A stretch of DNA of 36,882 nt, taken from Spirogloea muscicola (taxonomy: Eukaryota). A model generated the notes under the pieces. It was not told where the DNA came from, did not search any database, and was given only the letters and a program-made list of their open reading frames with translations. The DNA is taken from contig WELB01000030.1 of NCBI GenBank assembly GCA_009602725.1, positions 465,674 through 502,555 of the forward strand, given 5' to 3'. This document shows, piece after piece, positions 33,912-36,882 of this stretch (positions within the stretch are counted from its first letter, which is position 1; every line of letters starts with the position of its first letter). The position numbers and the translations under genes are program-made.

Positions 33912-36502
33912 TCAAGCAGGGTTTGACAGAGTGGGGTCAAAGGCCTGGCCAGGCTTGCCCTCAACCTCAGCCTCAATCGGGTCAACCAGGCCTATGTCAT
34001 AAATTGGATAGTTCCTGAAGCCCGGAACAATCTGCCGGAACAGCCACTCAAGCGCCGCGCCTAGCAGCATGCCAACGACAGAAAAGCCTACAGCAAGCAT
34101 GAACGGAGGCCAATCATACGAGACTAGGAAAATCCGATGAATGACGTCGCCATACTTTTCGTAAGACTTCTTGTTCACCTCCGCCCACCAGAATAGAGAG
34201 GAGAAGGAAACGGCGCAGCCAGAGAGGCACGAGAAGGGCGTGACAAGCTTCTGGGACCAGCGGCCTTGCCACATGCCGGCCAGCACGGGCACAGTGGACG
34301 TCGTGGTGATGAGGTTGGCGAGCAGGAAGAGCTGGAGTATGTTGTAGCCTTGGAGGGAAACGATCATTGGCGGCACGTTAAGTACAAGCACGAGGATGCG
34401 GATGATGAGGAGGTTGACCTTGGGCAGCACCGGCTTCACAAAGACGCACGTGATGCTGTCCACGATCGCATTCTGCAGCGGGGGCAACTCAAAGGGGCAC
34501 TCAGCCTCCTAAACCTAGGAGACCAGCGTTCTCGGCTCTCTTGCTGCCGGGTATGTATATGTGAATTCTTAATGGAGAGACTGGCAGGATCCGAAATAAA
34601 GTCCAAAGACCATTGCACCTTAATTTCTCATTTCTAGGCGCTAGACCCTCTAAAACCCCTGTCAGACACTGCAAGGGTCCATTCTGCTGACTGCAGAGCG
34701 CGACAGACCTGCAAAGAGTCGATGGCAGATTCACTCATGGTGACGGACAGAACGCTGACGATCACAAGAACCCAGGTCTTGTGACGCAGCAGCGAGAAGA
34801 GGATGGTGTTGCCGGTGTCATCTGGCCCCGCCGGCTGCCACACGTTGCCCCACACTGCCAGGAAGCCTGTGGCAAGGCCTCGAAACACTAGTCAGGTCAA
34901 CGCAGTCGATTCTTTTACAGCTGAAATAATTCTTCCACCATCTGCAGGAACTGAACTTTGCATTCGAGCTGCTGGTACAGCGACTTGAGCACCACAGGAA
35001 GAGCTCAAATAGCAACAAGAAGCCTCCCTTTTGTTGAGCGTAAAGCCTGACCTCCAAAGCCGCTTAGGAAGACGACAACGACAACGGCGCAGCAACCCAA
35101 AGTTGCACCCCACATGAGCGTGCGGTTGTCAGCGGAAGCCCAGCACCTATTGGCTCAGCAGCAAGACATTTGTCAGAGCTTTGCTCTGGAAGGGAGCGCC
35201 GATGCAACACCAGTGTCGAGCATTCTCCTGCAGCAGGTGACAGGCAAGCCCGTGCAAACCTCTGCCACATGGCCTCGCTGTAGATGGTGGAGGAGATAAG
35301 CGAGATGGGCAGAACAGCAATGGAGGAAAGGCCGCTGTAATTCTCCCAGTTGAGGTAGCCAAGGGGCTGGTCCAGCGGAGCGTCGAACGTGACGCCCACG
35401 TAGACAAGGAGCAGGCCGAAAATGACGATGCTCAGCAGCGCCTGCGTTGCACCAGGGGCAAGCAGAACCTCAATACAGATATATCAAGAATACAGTCAAA
35501 AGTAGAAGGGAAGCCATGGAGGCCATAAAATCCGTGCCAGGCATTTGCCCTTTGAAAGTCTGAGACAGCTGCAGCCCAAGCAGCAGGTGGCCAATTGACA
35601 TCTGGCCTTTTAATAATGCGAGCTGCAAAACATGCTGGTTACTGCCAACAAGGTCAGAAGAGCAACGAACGGCACAAGTTGCGTCAGCTTGACAAGTTTG
35701 TCAGCTTCACCTGCCACTGATCAGTGATGATGGAAACGTAGAGGCCGCCAACGGCAGTATACACAGCAGCAATGATGCCGACAATGATGACAATGGGCCA
35801 TCGCTTGGTGCCAAGGATGTACTGAAAGAGGTCACCCATGGCCGTGTATTCGGCAGTGAGGGCGACGCCCATGTTGAAGAGGACAAGGAGCGCTACATAG
35901 ACTTGCACCAGCCTGCAACCAGGGGGACCAGATCACGCCAGAGTGTGGCGCAAATGAGGTGAGTCCGGCACAAGTCCTCGACGTTTGAACGAAATCCACA
36001 TGAGCGGCTACGAAGCCCCAAGGCTGCTTTGAGGCCAATGAGCTGCTCGAGCAAGCAAAGTCATGACATGATTTGAAGCTATTGAAAAGTTGACAGGAAA
36101 TCAGCTTACCATCTTACACTGAAGTCAAAGCACTGTCAGACCAAAACACTTACTGTGAACAGCCTTGTGATGAGTAGACAAGCTGTAACGAGACAACACT
36201 CAGCGAGCAAAAGTGCAGGACAGTGCAAGAGGCAGCCTCTGCAGCAGCTGCCTCAACGGGAGCGGCTGCGAGTACCAAATGCGGAGGCGTGACTGCACCT
36301 GCCAAAGCGCTTGTAGACATAGTCGGTGAAGCTCTGGAGGTGGGGCATGCGCTTCTGGAGGTACACGCCAAAGGCGGCGATGATGATAATGGGGATGCCC
36401 GACGAGATGGCGTAGATGATGACGCCGAGGATGCCGGCGTACCACGCGTAGCTCGGTGGCCCGAACAGCACCCAGGAGCCAACCGCCGCCGCGTAGAAGG
36501 AC
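33912..36502 (-). CDS. Sodium:solute symporter (SSS) family transporter, DUR31/DUR3-like; first exon not visible
   Basis: Six GT-AG exons: SFYAAAVGSWVLFGPP, FTDYVYKRFG, LTAEYTAMG, YTAVGGLYVSIITDQWQ, EAMWQRCWAS, SAIDSLQNAI, ILQLFLLANL; many transmembrane segments. Confidence 0.88.
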
Positions 36503-36570
36503 CTGGCGCGCGCGCAGCGAGGAGCGGCAGCGGTCCCAGTGCCATCATCAGCTCCCCAGTGTCGTGGCCA

Positions 36571-36603
<33 letters not shown>

Positions 36604-36659
36604 GCGGCGGCGGCAGCGGCGGCGGCGGCGGCGCTGGGATGGCGGAGGCACGGGGGATG

Positions 36660-36881
<222 letters not shown>

Positions 36882-36882
36882 G

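Overview
Gene-dense, intron-rich eukaryotic nuclear DNA. Gene content (CURT1, DUF3082, plant-type TEL2 and proteasome alpha subunit) points to a green plant, most likely a streptophyte alga; this is inference. Ten host genes can be traced through splice sites: DUF3082 protein (-), METTL21-like SAM methyltransferase (+), conserved plant protein resembling Arabidopsis AT5G59960 (+), TEL2 (-), CURT1 (-), an unknown 113-aa membrane protein (+), an eIF4B-motif low-complexity protein (-), a plastid kinase-like protein lacking catalytic motifs (+), a sodium:solute symporter (-) and exon 1 of proteasome alpha-3/PAC1 (+). There are two N gaps and two 39-nt poly-A runs that look artefactual. The main unexplained structure is intergenic: most spacers in the first 24 kb carry 3' ends of a CRE-like, restriction-like-endonuclease (RLE) non-LTR retrotransposon family. 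These share the ORF terminus LL(S/T/N)R(G/T/A)Y*, a covarying double hairpin and a CTT/CT tail. They include a ~170-bp element found twice with almost the same 5' end and clear target-site duplications, one copy nested in the homologous C-terminus of an older relative. Family assignments come from remembered motifs, not database searches.
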